Assembly: GCF_006345805.1 (NCBI RefSeq)
Contig: NC_043010.1
Span: 5,146,001-5,210,000 of the forward strand
Source of the DNA: Octopus sinensis
Taxonomy: Eukaryota
Length of the DNA stretch: 64,000 nt
Direction of reading: 5' to 3'
Shown here: piece by piece, positions 61,101 to 64,000 of the stretch
Layout of the letters: each line of letters starts with the position of its first letter
Numbering within the stretch: the stretch's first letter is position 1
Notes under the pieces: generated by a model
Databases searched by the model: none
The model's input: only the letters and a program-made list of their open reading frames with translations
What the model was told of the DNA's origin: nothing
Translations under genes and position numbers: made by a program

Positions 61101-62870
61101 CCATATTCTGTAGTGCATAACCTGACATATGTACTTCCACATCCAATATGTCTGGGGTCAGGTGCATTTCACATAATGCTGTCCTTTCTCACTGTATAAG
61201 TTCTCTCTCACTGTGCAAGGTCTCTAAGATATGACACTGTGTTCGATTTGTGAAGTGTGAAAGACTGTGTACATTGGCATTATTATTGAATTGAGTTTGT
61301 GGGTTAATGACAACAATGGTGTGGCTGTGCACTGGGGTAATAACAGTGGTTGGTGTTGCATGAGTGCGTAATTTCTTTTGCCAGATTCACCATGGCTAAA
61401 AAAGAATTTCCTTGTTTGGGGAAGGGTTGTTGTCTGGAGTTGGTATGGTTGCATTGTTGAATATCGTTATAGTTATATGGTTTGCAGCTGTGATTTTATT
61501 ATTGTACCGAATAGATATCTCAGTGACTTTTGGGCTTTGATGACAGCCTGGACTAACACTGCCACTGTAAGGGATGTTTCTACTGTGGATTTGGTGGTGG
61601 TGGTTTGGTGTCATGCTTTTACTAGTGCATCGAGTCCTTGGAAGATGAGTGAAGGGACAATCACACATCAGATATAATCTTTTGTGTTGGGAATAGCAAC
61701 AGATTTTAGGATTCAGGGCTACATGTGTAGAAGTTATTAATCGTGATTTAATATGAAGTAGTGGTGTTGTTGTTATAAATTGTGTGGTTTGGCATTGGCT
61801 AATATTGCTTGAATGAATTATGCATCTTGTCCCAGGTAAATGGGTGAAGCTGCAGCCGTCACTGCGTATGCATAAACTCTTGCATTGAGAATAGTGGCAT
61901 ATTTTGGGGTTTTGTGTGTTCATAATTTTACTTTATTTACAGTTGCAGGTTAATCATGGAGCTGTCAGGTATACATTCAGATTGAAATGGACAGTGGGGT
62001 GAGGAAGAAAGGAGTGGTTCTTCACTATTTGGAGGAGTAGTAGAGAGGCAATGGTAGTGGCGAGCTGGCAGAATCGTTAGCACGTCGGGCGAAATGCTTA
62101 GCGGTATTTCGGCTGCCGTAACGTTGTGAGTTCAAATTCCGCCGAGGTCGACTTTGCCTTTCATCCTTTCGGGGTCGATAAATTAAGTACCAGTTACACA
62201 CTGGGGGTCAATGTAATCGACTTAATACCTATGTTTGTCCCCCTCTATGTTTAGCCCCTTGTGGGTAATAAAGAAATAGGTAGTAGCAGTAGAATAGGAT
62301 GACAAGGGCGATGATGGATTTCTTGTGTTATTCTGAGAAACATTTGAGTGGTCTGACTGTGGAGAAGAGCAAGAGACTTTGTTGTTTAGTTGGTCATCAA
62401 TTGTTTTAGTATTGAAGAGTGACTTCCAGCTATTGTTTAGTTGTGGTAAGGATAGTAGCAATAGAACATGATGACAATGATGATGATGGGTCACTGGTGG
62501 TATTTCAAGGAAATAAAGAAGTTGACAGGTAAATTGTAAAGGGCTCTTTACTGTAGAGTTTAGTATTAATGGTTCATAAATTGTGCTAGCATTGAGGAGT
62601 GACTGTGGTTGTTGTTGTTTTGTTGTTGTTATATTTTTGTCTCATATTTATATAATTTAATTTTTGAATGTTGAGGATGCTTTAGTTCAGTAATATATCA
62701 TTCTATGGATTTTGAGAGTGTTTTTGTTTTATTTATCTTAGTTCTTTGTTTTTATTTTGTAAGCCTGGGAAATGTAAGTATGTGGTACAATATTGAATTT
62801 TGCACTAAAAAAAAAATTTTAGGTGTGCAAGTGCATCCCTGCACCTTCTTGTTCCTGGGCCCTTCTATAT
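58195..62870 (-). mobile_element. Near full-length decayed LINE (ORF1 with CCCH fingers, APE endonuclease, RT), interrupted by two SINEs
   Basis: APE motifs MHLTPDILDVEVHMSGY and PTRGDNILDLIFT…SDH. Decayed RT at ~59.3-59.8 kb. IQDLGVIMS; LYLYYLEFRREGY…WKIL; C-terminus IIPDLSAILG…TDSITDQ. Multiple stops and frameshifts. Confidence 0.88.
62055..62281 (+). mobile_element. SINE family B (tRNA-like head, Meta-domain-like GCCTTTCATCCTTTCGGGGTCGATAAATTAAGTACC) inserted in the LINE
   Basis: B-box GAGTTCAAATTCC. Further copies or fragments at ~25686-25800, 28310-28480, 50985-51125, 54545-54630 and 56380-56730. Confidence 0.85.
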
Positions 62871-62904
62871 CTATGTGTGTGTGTGTGTTAGTACGTTTAT
62901 CAGT

Positions 62905-63410
62905 TTGTGTTGCACGATTCCTGATGTGAAACTGTGTTGAAACAGATATTGTTGTATTTCAGGATGGCCATTTTTCTTTTTTTTCTTTTTGCCAAATAAA
63001 CACACACACCATATATTCATTCTGCATTGATTTATTACTGTTCTTATTCTAACTAATGTCCATTGTCCAGAAATCTTTCGTCACAGATCTGTGACCTCTT
63101 AAGCAACACTTTCTGTCCTCGTGTGTGCTCCTACTCCTCTTAGTCCATTCTGTTTAGAAGAACAGAATAGACTTAGAGGAGCAAGAGCACACACGAGAAT
63201 AGACAGTGTTGCTTAAGAGGTCACAGATGTGTGACGAAAGATTTCCAGACAATGGACATGAATTAGAATAAGAACAGTAATAAACGATTAAAGAAGGAAT
63301 ATATGGTGTGTGTGTGTTTATTGGCAAATAAAAAAAAAAGAATGACCTGTACAACAATATCTGTTTCAATACAGTTTCACATCAGGAATCTTGCAACACG
63401 CATTCATAAA
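62905..63410. mobile_element. Long foldback element (~250-bp arms) with a hammerhead-like core (HH-H)
   Basis: Arms mirror around ~63158. Motif CTTAAGA-g-gtcaca/tgtgac-GAAA-gatt-TC at 63212-63245. Same family as 10020-10340. Confidence 0.65.
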
Positions 63411-63412
63411 TG

Positions 63413-63443
<31 letters not shown>

Positions 63444-63507
63444 ACTGATCATCATCATCATATCATCATCATCATCATAATCTTCATATCATCATCATTA
63501 TCATCAC

Positions 63508-63551
<44 letters not shown>

Positions 63552-63660
63552 ACATCATCATTCTTAAATGTCCATTTTCCATGCTGGCATGGATTTTATG
63601 GCTGGATGCCCTTCTTAACACCAACCAGTTTATACTCATACGCACACACACACATATTTA

Positions 63661-63960
63661 TATTCTTTTATTCTTTTACTTGTTTCAGTCATTTTGATTG
63701 CTGCCATGCTGGAGCACCACCTTAAAGGGTATTTTGTAGAAGCATTTGACTCTAGGACTTATTTTTTGTAAGTCTAGTACTTAGGCTATCAGTCTCTTTT
63801 GCCAACCATTAAGTTACAGGTATGTAAACATACCAGCATTAGTTGTCAAGCAAGGGTGAGGGAACATGCAGATACAAAGACACACACATAAATATATACA
63901 TATAATATATATATGACAGGCTTCTTTCAGTTTCCATCTGCCAAATCCACTCACAAGGCT
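63661..63960 (-). mobile_element. SINE family A, diverged and 5' truncated
   Basis: Recognisable family blocks. Confidence 0.75.
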
Positions 63961-64000
63961 TATATATATATATATATATATGTATTCATCAAAACCCAGG

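Overview
AT-rich, microsatellite- and SINE-dense eukaryotic DNA, most likely an octopus (coleoid cephalopod). I infer this from the style of the protocadherin and from the repeat families; no database search was run. One protein-coding gene is well supported: a minus-strand protocadherin with a signal peptide, six cadherin repeats, a TM helix and a cytoplasmic tail. I reconstruct it as three coding exons (39802-37385, 26422-26269, 6781-6453; 966 aa). Splice sites are canonical and intron phases match (0 then 1); the middle exon is not in the ORF track. The rest is mostly transposon debris: about 25 copies of one tRNA-headed SINE, several other SINE families, mariner/maT/Tc1/hAT remnants, RTE fragments, a ~4.7 kb decayed APE-RT LINE with CCCH fingers in ORF1, and a Penelope GIY-YIG remnant. 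The most striking unannotated signal is a set of about 11 minimal type I hammerhead ribozyme motifs from about 8 unrelated short element families. They often sit in long foldback hairpins. Inside the protocadherin introns the copies with an intact core are all antisense to the gene, while the sense-oriented ones are broken. Coordinates of decayed repeats are approximate (about +/-10 bp).
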